64,000 bases of DNA, taken from the human T2T-CHM13v2.0 reference genome, Homo sapiens. Positions 52,088 to 64,000 of the stretch are shown piece by piece; within the stretch, counting starts at the first letter, position 1; each line of letters begins with the position of its first letter. Both the position numbers and the translations under genes were made by a program. The stretch lies in the NCBI RefSeq assembly GCF_009914755.1, contig NC_060930.1, one strand, 5' to 3'. A model generated the notes under the pieces. It worked only from the letters and a program-made list of their open reading frames with translations, searched no databases and was not told the DNA's origin.

Positions 52088-52385
52088 GCTGGGCGCAGTG
52101 GCTCACTCCTGTAATCCCAGCACTTTGTGAGACTGAGGCGGGCAGATCACTTGAGATCAGGAGTTCAAGACCAGCCTGGCCAACTTGGTGAAACCCCGTG
52201 CCTACTTAAAATACAAAATTGGCTAGGCGTGGTGGTGCATGCCTGTAATTCCAGTTACTCAGGAGACTGAGACACAAGAATGGCTTGAACCTGGGAGGCG
52301 GAGGTTGCAGTGAGCCAAGATCGCACCATTGCACTCCAGTTTGGGTGACAGAGTGAGACTCTATCTCAAAAAGAGAGAGAGAGAG
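52088..52385 (+). mobile_element. AluS with (GA)n tail
   Basis: Full Alu dimer. Confidence 0.88.
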
Positions 52386-53560
52386 AGAGGTATATTGGTG
52401 TATGGGGATGGGGGGCGGGGAAGCTCTGTAGATCTTATGGTCAGAAAAGGATCCCCTCACGTGGGGATATTAACACTAAAGGAATAAGAGCCTGCCATGC
52501 AATGTTCTGAGGCTTGTTATTTGGGTTAAAGGAATAAAATGCACATTCAGCCATGAGGGAACAACAGCAAATACAAAAGCCCCTACTGGTTATTGTCTGT
52601 TGCAGCCCCTGTCCCGAGGGATTCACTTTCTGCTCTGTTCCATCCCCTAGGGAGGTTGGCCCCTGCAGAACTGCTTCGGCCAGGTGAGGACAGGAGGAGA
52701 GTCAGAGTCAAGTGTTTCTTCAAGCACTCAATCTGCCAAAACCTCTCTGAAAGTGTGGCTTTATTCTGGGTCCCTTGGCACTTCTGTCCTAGACACCAGG
52801 GTCCCAAGCTGTCCATTTTTCCTCTTTTGTTCCTGACACTGAAGCCTCTGCAACTGCCCCATTTAGGCATGGCTGTGCACTTTAACCCCGTTGGTTCACG
52901 TGTCGTGGCTTTTACTCAGTGAACCTCTTGTCTTCCTTCTGCTCTTTCTTGCACCCTGTCTCACTCATGCTGACTTTGGGTTTAGCCTTGAATGCTCAGC
53001 ATGTTGATATTTTTTGAGGATAAACGATCCTGTCCCTGACTTCCTACTCTATTATCAAAGTCTCATAACTCATGAAAATTGTGGGGGGTAATGGTGATGG
53101 TGGTGGTTGGAGGTTTGAGACTAAAGGGTGGGAGCCTGCACCAAAAAAGGAAATGATGAAACTGGGGTAATGCCACCTGAGGCAGAACAGGGTAGGAGGG
53201 TGCTGGTTTCCAATATGGAAAGCGAATTGCACAATTTAAGGTCATGCAACCATGAACACGAGAAACATGGGAACCTCTTTTTGTTGGAGAGGGCCTGGTC
53301 TCTTGTTTTTATTTCTCTAATCCTTTAATTCAATGCAGAAGCCAAACTTCCTCCCTGGTTTTTTCCTCAAAGAACCAGATTCAGGGGCCCTCTTGTGTCT
53401 AAGAGAATTAAAACCCAAGCAGCAAGTACTTGCAAAATGGTTTAAGGTCTATATAGCCAGCCCTTGATTAAAAGTATCAGGCAGTGGCACTGGGTAGTAA
53501 AAATAGCAACACAGTAATATAAACTAGCCCAAATTTGCTGCCATCCCACAAAACTCAGTA

Positions 53561-53802
53561 CAGGTTGAGTATCCCTTATCCGAAATGCTTGGGACCAGAA
53601 GTGTTTCTGACTTCAGAACATTTTTGGACTTTGGAATATTTGCATTATATTTACTGGCTGAGTATCCCAAACCAAAAAATCCCAAATCCAAAATACTCCA
53701 ATGAAGATTTCCTTTGAGCTCCATGTCGGCACTCAGTTTCGGATTTTAAAGCATTTTGAATTTCTGAGCATTTCGGATTTCAGATTTGGGCTGCTCCACC
53801 TG
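53561..53802. mobile_element. Tigger4a/MER46-like MITE
   Basis: TA-flanked TIRs CAGGTTGAGTATCCC ... GGGCTGCTCCACCTG. Confidence 0.8.
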
Positions 53803-54795
53803 TAATACAGACCCCTGAGGATTGTCAAGTCAACTGTTTGTTCTCATGTATAGTCTCTAAATGTGTGTAAAATGTTTATCTTCCCTGAAGAGTTTAGAGG
53901 GAAGTTTGAGGGGAACCACCCTTAGGTTGGATGATTCATGATTCATTCGAAGGACAATACCCATGGTGTATTGTCAACTGGAGAAGTTTACCCAAGCCTT
54001 GGAGCCTAGGTTTTTTACTGGGGGGTCCATCAGGTAGGCCTGGCTGACTGCCCAACAGGTGATCTGTTTTCACTCCCTCCAGAGTTGAGCTGATACCACG
54101 TGAACCAGAGCTCTCACCCAGTATCACATTGCTGGTGTGGCTCAAAGCTCTCACCCTAAATCACATTGTTACTAGCTGGGTGGCCCAAGACCCCCAGGCA
54201 AACAAAGACACTCCTGTCAGGTCTAGCATTCAAAGGACTTAGAGACTGCCTTCCAGAAGCAAAGGCCAGACCTCTGTTGGGGCAGGGTGAAAGTCTTTAC
54301 TACACACTTCCCATTTTCTTTTTTTATTATTGGCTACTGCACTCAGGGGCCTGGCCAGGGCTGGGCCTCTTTCTCAGAACAGCAGCCTAGGTCAGCACTG
54401 TTCCTCAGGCCTGCCTCGGGGCTGCCCCTGCCACCAGGCTTTTGCTCTTGCAGGAATTTTAAATATCAGGGTGATAACAGAGTGCTCACATTATGTAAAT
54501 ATGAAGGCAAATCACTGCCTTGATGTTTGCGCTTGATTTTCCTCTGACGAAAACAGTATTGATTGCATCAGACAATGATCACCTCCCACTTGTCTTTTCT
54601 TCTTTTGTTTCCACTGAGCAAAAAATCCCTTCTGTAGCGAGATAAATGAGTGAGACTCTCATCAAAAACTTGCCTTTCCTTAGTTTTAAAATTTCTGAGT
54701 AGTAGATACTCCAAAAGCGGCAATTCTTTCCTTTTTAAAATTACTTCTGCTGTTTACATGTGTGTCTCCCCCTACCCTATGCTGAATTCTTCTAA

Positions 54796-55135
<340 letters not shown>

Positions 55136-55514
55136 AGACCCTGAGCCCAGTTGATGCTTGATGAGTATTTGAGACGTGAATCAACACCAGTTTAACAGCA
55201 GCATTATATTAACAGACCATACTTTTAGTTCTGAAATGCAAAAAATTAGAAGCCTACAAATAACCATTTTGGGTAGTAAGAAGATAAAAATAATATATAT
55301 TTGCATTTTCTTATACATGTGTCAGATGTAACTGGAAGGGTACACAAATAGTAACTGCATTTGCCTGTGAGAAGCAGGATTCGGTTGCGGGGAAGCAGGG
55401 TTGAAAAGACTTCCAAGACTGTAGACCCTTTTATACTTTTTTGATTTTTGAACCGTGCAAATGTATTCTATATTTGAAAAAAACTAATTAAAAAATTCTC
55501 ACAACAAGACAATG

Positions 55515-56034
55515 AGCAATGACTCATAAATTCTTTATTTTGGCTAATACTGATTGCATTCATTACTACCATTTTATTTATTACAGCTCAGAGGAGAGTC
55601 ATTTACTAGACATTCGGTTGTTATTAAACACTAAAAATTAGGCAGAGACTGGAGGGGATAAGGATAAGAGAACAGGATAAGGAGAGCAGAAAGACGCTCA
55701 GGAGAGTAGAAAGACACTCAGGAGAGAACAAGAGATCCTGCCCATTCTTATTATGAGGATGAACTGGCTACAGGACATGAGTAGCCCAATCAGATCTAAC
55801 TTAAATACCAGCCTCTCCAAAAAAGTTTTCCAATAAAGATCCCCTAACAATTATTTACTGGACAAAAAAGGTTGATATTTCTAGAAGAGATGATCTCGTT
55901 GACACAAAAGACCCAACTTAGGACCCAACTTAATACATAGATAGCACCATGACAGAGCTGGGATCCATTAAGACATGACTGTAGACAATACCATCTCTAG
56001 GAACACACTGTCACTCACACATGGATGTGTTGTT
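55515..56034 (-). other. GSTA4: GSTA4 3'UTR
   Basis: Follows the stop codon; the cleavage site is estimated from the AATAAA position. Confidence 0.7.
55534..55539 (-). terminator. GSTA4 polyadenylation signal AATAAA (second hexamer at 55573-55578)
   Basis: TTTATT on the plus strand about 500 nt past the stop; GT-rich sequence (TTGTCTTGTTGTG) lies downstream on the minus strand. Confidence 0.7.
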
Positions 56035-56157
56035 TTATGGCCTAAAGATGTTGTAGACGGTTCTCACATAAATTTCATCAGGGGGAGGCTTCTTCTTGCT
56101 GCCAGGTTCAAGGAATCTCTTAATTGTAGGGATATTACTTAGTTTCACTGTGTATTC
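56035..56157 (-). CDS. GSTA4: Glutathione S-transferase A4, last coding exon
   Basis: tttcag|EYTVKLSNIPTIKRFLEPGSKKKPPPDEIYVRTVYNIFRP*, the human GSTA4 C-terminus. Confidence 0.97.
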   Translation of the reverse strand, partial: EYTVKLSNIPTIKRFLEPGSKKKPPPDEIYVRTVYNIFRP

Positions 56158-56305
56158 CTGAAAAAGGAAAACCAAAACTTTAAGGCTAACAAAAAAGGTA
56201 TTAGATACTACGAAGATATGGTTATGCAAAATGGCCCACCAAAATTTGTTCAATAAATACTTGTTGAAGAGTTCCAAGCAGAAATGAAATCTAGCATTTG
56301 TTTAG

Positions 56306-56498
56306 CAGGGGTGTCCAATCTTTTGGCTTCACTGGGCCACACATAAAATACACTAACACTAAAGGTAGCTAATGAGCTGAAAAAAAAACCTCAAAATATC
56401 TCATAATGTTATAAGAAAGTTTATGAATTTATGTTAGGCCACATTCAAAGTTGTCCTGAGCCACATGCAGCCCGCGGGCTGTGGGTTGGACAAGGCTA
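56306..56498. mobile_element. MER30 hAT MITE
   Basis: CAGGGGTGTCCAATCTTTTGGCTTC...GGGTTGGACAAG termini. Confidence 0.8.
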
Positions 56499-56729
56499 GG
56501 TTAAGATCTGATCTCTATGATTATATACAATCTCTGTCATCAATCACCGGTATCAAGATCAGAGTTTACACAAATCTCCAGGTTCACAAAAAGGTAAGCA
56601 CTCTTTACAGAAATGGCAAAAGTAAAAACATACTCAAAATAGAATTATGACACTTAAGGTGAAAAAAAAGGAAGGGGAAAACTCACTGAAAACACCTCCA
56701 GTGTATTGTTTTGTATTGTTTTTTAACAG

Positions 56730-56820
56730 TAGTCAATTTGAAGCAGTGGGAGTGGGGAAGGAACAAAGAAATCTGTAACTGGTTGTGATCAATTAGCTGT
56801 AAACACCACTCGGACTAGCC
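56730..56820 (-). pseudogene. Y3 RNA (RNY3) retropseudogene in the last GSTA4 intron
   Basis: The reverse complement GGCTAGTCCGAGTGGTGTTTACAGCTAATTGATCACAACCAGTTACAGATTTCTTTGTTCCTTCCCCACTCCCACTGCTTCAAATTGACTA matches hY3 with a 5-nt deletion; an A-rich tail follows. Confidence 0.9.
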
Positions 56821-57762
56821 ACCTGAAGTGCACTGATCTGCTGGGAGAAAATGCATGAGCCACTTAAGTAAAGGTGCTTTAAAAAGTCACTAGATGGTAC
56901 AATTTATATCTTAAGATTCAGCTTCTTCAGAGTTTTTACTCCTATCAGTAAATGAATCCTCTTTCTGGCTATGTGCAGGAAATAGCCAGTTGCATTTTTT
57001 TCATAGCCTCTGGCTCAGATACCAGATATTTATATAAACTGGAATGGAAGAAAAACATTGTATTTTTCATTCACAGAATCAAATCTTACCAATTCTCAGT
57101 AACTGAGAAGAAAAGCCCATTTGATCTAATGAAAAATCTGAACTATATGAAGAAGCATATGCTCATCATATATAATTATTCTAATAAAACCTTTTAAAGA
57201 TATTTAAATAAAACCATTTATTTAAAAGTGAAGAGGTCATTTTAAATAGCTACTATTTATTAATTGCCTATTATGTGCAAGGCACAGCCTTAATTAAGCA
57301 CACACACAAACATACATACGTCACTAATAGTAACAAAAACCCTAATAATGATGCCAATTAATTATATATAAATATGACAATTTTCTCTTTTCATTACGTA
57401 CTTAAGCTCTACTTGTATGATTTTAAATATTATACCAAAATTTAGAATCTTGTTCCAAATGATGTATTGTTTCAAGATTTATCTGGGGTTCATAGTTATC
57501 AAAGTATAGTAAAATTTTTGTGACTTTTTAAATCCATTAATCAACACAGGAATAACCCTTTAAATTCAACACAGATCTGGTGTCCGATTCTGAAGTTTTA
57601 AAATATTGATGCTCAATCTGATCACAGATTAAAACTGTATTTACGCAGATAATGCTTGGGGCTTAAAAAAGGGTTGTTATTATAGTATCATCAATGTAAA
57701 ATACCAATAGGTCCTGGTGCTACAGTTTACCAAAAAACCTTGATCTCTATCATTTACCCTAG

Positions 57763-58181
<419 letters not shown>

Positions 58182-58932
58182 TAATAAGCTTAGCATTCTA
58201 CCTACTTCTGGGTTCAGCATCCCACCTATTTGGGGCCAAAGGTACTTCTAGTACTTCTAAATGTGTTTCTCAGAAACCACACAGTCTAGTGGAAAGAGTA
58301 CAGACTTAGATCCCTGACTCCCCTGTGGCTCCCAACTCAGTCATCCACAGTCTTGCAACTATGCAGAATGTAATGTTTCCAAGCTGGTAATTTTCATCTG
58401 TAAAATGGAGATAGTGAAGCCCATCTCCTAGGGTTATTGGGGTGGGGTTGACGGGACAGATGAGCAAATGCATGTAAGTGCCTAGCAGACTGACTGGAAT
58501 GAAGCTGGCACTCAACAAGTTGCAGATCCCTTCCTCTAATTTCCCTTCTCTGCTAAACAAGTAACTTTTTTAACAGTGCAAAAGAATACTTCAGGTGAAA
58601 AGTATCCTAAGTTCTGAATGAATAAAATCAAATTAAGGAAAGTCAATCTCTGTGTCTGCAAAAGTAAATGAAAAAAAAATTGAAAAAAAAATATAAACTA
58701 TAACATAAATGATATGGTGGTTTATTGCCTTGTTGAAGATTTTTATTCTCATTTTCTGGGTGTACTTATTGAACTGGTGGTAATTGCTCTCATTAGTATA
58801 TCAAAATATTTAATAGACTTGGCAAAAAATTGTTTTAAGTATGTGTGTTACTCTTTGGAGAGTTAGTGTATCTCTCTTGGCTTTTGATAACTTGGTCAAA
58901 CATATAGCAATTTGGTCTGTATCCAGGCTGTT

Positions 58933-59260
58933 TCAGGGATTGGCAAGCTTTTTCCATAAAGGACCAGTCAGCAAATATTTTAAGTTCTGCAGGCCATATG
59001 GTCTCTATCAGATCTACTCAACTCTGCTGTAGAAAAACAAAAGTAACCTTGACATTGTGTAAATGAGTGGGCATGGCTTTGTACCAATGAAATTTATGAA
59101 TACTAGAATTTGAATTTCATATAATTTTTATGTGTCATGAAATATTATTCCACAGATTTTTTTCAACCATTTAAAAATGTAAAAATTATTCTTAACTCAC
59201 AAGCTGTATAAAAACAGGTGGCAGGCCAGGTTTGGCCCAGGAGTTACAGTCTGCACATTA
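58933..59260. mobile_element. MER58B-like hAT MITE
   Basis: CAGGGATTGGCAAGCTTTTTCCATAAAGGACCAG..AAATATTTTAAG..ACTCAACTCTGC..AACAGGTGGCAGGCCAGGTTTGGCCC. Confidence 0.7.
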
Positions 59261-60142
59261 GACTTGGAGATAAAAGGCTAAGGTTCTAGATAAAACTCAA
59301 GCATCCACTGCCTAAGCCAGCTTGGCTGCTGATTTCTTTATTCTGGGTCTCTACTTCCTCAAGTGAATATTGAAGTCATTAAATGAGTTTTTTTTTAAAG
59401 GCCCTTCTCTCCTTTAAAGTTCTATGATCAATCCTGCCAGAATAACCCTGAGGGATAATTTGAACCACACAAGTCTTTCCTTGGAATTCTCAGAAGGAGA
59501 ATGGTAGGTATCCTTTGGGGTGATGTTTAGGGTGCTAACATCTCTCATTTGCTCTCAGAGCTCAGGCTTAGAATTTCCTAACTTGAGACCATACTATTTC
59601 TGAGAAAGGGAGTCATAGCCTGATGAATGAGACTGTTTTGATGTTTATCTCGCCCACTATTCCATCAGTAGATACATGTGAGTGTGAGACCACCTCATCT
59701 CTATGGTTATTTCTATGGAAAGTCCCCTGAGGCAAACTCCCTGTGCATGGAGTTTTTTCCAGGAGTGCAGTTATGGAACAAAATTAAGATGAAAATTTCT
59801 GAGCTGGGTGTGCTGGCACATGCCTATAGTCCCTGCTACTCAGGAGACTGAGGTGGGAGGATCTCTTGAGCCCAGGAGTTCAAGACCATTCTGGGCAACA
59901 TAGTAAGATCCCACCTTAAAAAAAAAAAAAATTTTACACTTCAATGATCTTTCAACTTGAAGGATTTAAGGACCAGAAAAATAACTTTGGGTCCTTACTT
60001 TCATTTCATTTGCCAAACTAGAATCTTAAAAATATTACACATACACACACACACACACACTCCCCAAAGCCAACCAAACAATAGACACTGAAGGAAGGCC
60101 CAAGAGTTCTAGGCCAATCTTCTAATACATAGTTTTATTTAC

Positions 60143-60274
60143 CTGGAGGAAAGGAAATGCAGACAGGATATTAGGAATTTTCTCTTCTAGAGCTAAAATG
60201 GTTTGGAGTAAAATCACATCTGCAAGGCTCAGCTGATTACCAACAAGAAAGCTTTGTCCGTGACCCCTTAAAAT
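60143..60274 (-). CDS. GSTA4: GSTA4 coding exon (132 nt)
   Basis: ctacag|ILRGHGQSFLVGNQLSLADVILLQTILALEEKIPNILSAFPFLQ|gtaaat. Confidence 0.97.
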
Positions 60275-60432
60275 CTGTAGGGAAATGGTGTGCATCAGTT
60301 ACAATATTCCACATGGAGAGAGTGATGAGGCTATTGAATCAGTGCAGTATCTGAGAAGAGGTGAAACTATGACCTTGTCATTTCATGCTTTCATAAATAA
60401 CATCAATTAAGAGAACGCACCCTATATCTGAC

Positions 60433-60453
60433 AGAGAGAGTGAGAGAGAGGGG

Positions 60454-60485
<32 letters not shown>

Positions 60486-60490
60486 GAGAA
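60433..60490. repeat. Imperfect (GA)n microsatellite
   Basis: AGAGAGAGTGAGAGAGAGGGGGAGAGAG... run. Confidence 0.9.
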
Positions 60491-62032
60491 AGTACAAAAA
60501 AGGTGTGGAAATGAAAGCATCCTTAAATATCTGCTGTGGATCTGAATGAGACATTGAAGTGGGGAAGGGAAAATTCCTTATTTCTGGATTTAGCATCTGG
60601 TGTTTTGAAAGGATATATCTACTCCAAAAATGTATCTACAGAAATGCATGCAGGAGGCTTGGGGAGGGGCAGGGTGATTTAAGAAATCTAAGTGATAGAT
60701 CATCTTCAAGGGGCCCACTCTTATTTCCCAGTTCTGCTGCTAGAACATCAAGAGGTGTAGTCATAAACTCAACCCAATTATAAAATTAGACTTCCTCTTA
60801 CATGTCCCAAAACAGAGAAAATGAAAAGCTTGAGTTCATCTTGACTCCCATTCTGAGGGTAACGTATAGGTGTGGGGCTTATAAGAATAGATTGTGATTA
60901 GGGAGAGGCAAGAAGCAGTAGTAGCAAAGGGGAGATCCCCTTCACAGTCAACTCTTGGATGCCCATGGGTGTCTGCATGTGCACAAGTGTGTGTGTCACA
61001 GGGACTCCGAACACAATTCCAGGTCAAATATAGCTACTGGAGCCAGAGTGGCATAGTACAATGCATCCTGAATTTGTAGTCAGAGGCCAGAGTTCCAACC
61101 CTGCTCTCCATTTTCTGGCCATGTTACCTTGGACAGGTCACTGAATCTCTTCATGACTTCATTTCATTATGTGTAAAAGGGACAACGGTTCTCACCTCAT
61201 AGGCGTGTTGCAAGAAACCCTGACACAGTCTGGGCCCTTGGGACCTAAGAATGAGCAGTGAACCTTTGCCAAAGCACCAGGTCCTCTGTGCCCGTTCCAG
61301 ACCACATTTCTTCATTATCCTATTTTACATTCACAAAGTGCCTGTGGGAAAGATACCATAAAACCTAGCTACAGAAACCCCAGAAAATACCTCTCCTTTT
61401 TCCTAAATCTAGTTCCATAAAGATGGTCAGAGGAAGCTTGCCAAATAGGTCTTCCCATATTTTCACACCCTCTTCTTTAGTGTTTGCATTGAAACACTAA
61501 AAAAGTTCCTCCCAGTTCAGGAATAAAGAATTTGAAGCTCAGAAAAGCAGATATAACAAGAAGAGAAAAACAACAAAACCAAAAACAAAAAGAGCAAAGG
61601 GAAGATAAATAAAATGGAAATGGTTCTTCTACTCATATCAAATTATCAGGGAGGATGTCAGCTGAGACAGCTGTTCGACAACTTTTGTTGAATGAATGAA
61701 TGAGGTAGTTTTTGTTTTCTGTATCTTCTGAAGTTTCTGCTGTATCCACACAAGGTGGGAACTTGGTGAATGCAAGGAACAATAAGGAACAAAGGCAGGG
61801 AGCCCATACTTTTTCTAGACTTCTGAATCATGTGGTCCTAGCAGAGTCCAAGGGGCTCTAAGACACCAGCTTTGTGCTGTGGCTACTATTCGCTCTTAGG
61901 AGTCCATTAGCGCTTAGGTTAGTTCAACTGGGCTCAGTTTTAAAATCCTTGGACAGAAAAGGGTGTTTGTGGCAGCTTCTTTGTGGTTTGTGGTTTGGTT
62001 GCTCTGTGTATGTAGGCATCTCTGCCACCTAC

Positions 62033-62174
62033 CTTTTCAAACACAGGAAAGTATCTAATTATAGCCTTCTGGGCCATGTTAACCACTTCCTTTTGCTGAT
62101 CATCTGGTTTTAAGAAAGGATGCATGATAAGCAGTTCCAGCAGATCCAGTGTCCCCTCCACGTACATGTCAATC
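62033..62174 (-). CDS. GSTA4: GSTA4 coding exon (142 nt)
   Basis: ttaag|(L)IDMYVEGTLDLLELLIMHPFLKPDDQQKEVVNMAQKAIIRYFPVFEK|gtaggt. Confidence 0.97.
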
Positions 62175-63020
62175 CTTAAAACAAAAAAGCAGTTGTCTCA
62201 GTTTCTCCTCTCTTTGAAGCCATCAGTTTCCACAACTAAGAATTCAGAGTGCTTTTTTTTTTTTTTTTTAAAGATGCTGCAACTTAAGTCCCTAGAAGCA
62301 TTTACCTATACCTGTCTCTTAAGAGCAAAGATATAAGGTCAATTCTAGTTGTAACTCAGAAAAATCTGTCACAGATCAGACAGCTTGACAGTCATGAGTG
62401 CTCTCTCTCCTGGCATCCTACTCCTCCACTTTTACCCCAGCATCCATGTTTTGGTCTCTTCGTATGGGTCAAACTTCAACTTTATAAAAATAGTGAATAC
62501 CACTTATTGAGTGCTTAGAGTGTACCAGGCATGGTGCTAAACACTCTCTATCCATTATCTCATTAAATCACATGACACTATGAGAAATGTACTATTCTTA
62601 TACCCACGTTGCCCAGGGTCATACATCTAAGGGGTGCAAGGACCAGGCTTTGATTTCAAATTATAATCTAATGCTCACTCTCCCAGGCCTTGAATGTCAC
62701 AGCAGCTCCTCATTCCTAATACTTAACAATAGTGAATGTGCAAGAAAGGGAAAAAGCAGTATCAAAGCATTTAAAAATGTTGAAATCTGAAACAATGACA
62801 CCCTAGATATAGTATTCAATATCTGAATCCTATTCTTTTGTTTTACTCAGACTCTCTCTACTGAAGTTCCAACTGGTCTTCGTGACCTTCTTGGGTTTTT
62901 GTTCCCTGATCTCACTAACTATGTAACACATAAAGTAAATGTGGTGTGCTACAGAGGTTGCTAATCAGCTAAGGCATCAGTAAGCTGACAAGTGACAACA
63001 CTCGAGAGGGGCCACAGTAC

Positions 63021-63153
63021 AGGGTTCTCTCCTTGAGGTTCTTGCCAAAGAGATTGTGCTTGTCTGCTATGTAGTGGAGAATGCTTCGGGTCTGTACCAA
63101 CTTCATCCCGTCAATTTCAACCATGGGCACTTGTTGGAACAGCAGGTGGTTAC
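63021..63153 (-). CDS. GSTA4: GSTA4 coding exon (133 nt); the upstream exons lie outside the window
   Basis: tctcag|(G)[43 protein letters not shown](L)|gtactg. Confidence 0.97.
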
Positions 63154-63340
63154 CTGAGAATGGAAGCCCAGAGTTAGAAGTGATCTTTTCTTCTCTGTCC
63201 CCCAACCCCTAAAAAATGCTCTGTGGAATGAAAAGAAACGGTGGAATCATGGCCTTAGGAAATAGTGTAAAGCTTCCAGATGACAGATAACCTTAACTTC
63301 ATTCAGGAGAGCAGATTTAGCCACAAAAGAAGCCTGAAGG

Positions 63341-63958
<618 letters not shown>

Positions 63959-64000
63959 TTTAGAGAATCTGATCATGAAACCTAAGTAACTAGCTGAGAC

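Overview
Primate (human-like) genomic DNA, Alu-rich, from the alpha-class glutathione S-transferase cluster (recalled as 6p12). The right end holds the last four coding exons and 3'UTR of GSTA4 on the minus strand. An unprocessed alpha-GST pseudogene (probably GSTA9P) spans about 17.4-35.1 kb on the minus strand. All six of its coding exons can be read, and the reconstructed protein resembles rodent Gsta4 (mouse A4-4 / rat 8-8) far more than human GSTA4. The rest is mostly retroelements: a G>A-hypermutated mosaic Harlequin-type ERV with a nested HERV-K LTR5_Hs and an AluY, an internally deleted ERV9/LTR12 provirus pointing into the pseudogene, MER11, LTR5A, MER9, MER21, MST and MLT LTRs, DNA-transposon MITEs and about 30 Alus. 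Two small-RNA retrocopies are present (a tailless 5S fragment and Y3). I see no evidence of a wholly new multi-gene system. The best leads are the lost Gsta4-type gene, the editing signature and several unusual junction or duplication events. Repeat family names come from recalled consensus sequences, not from a database search.
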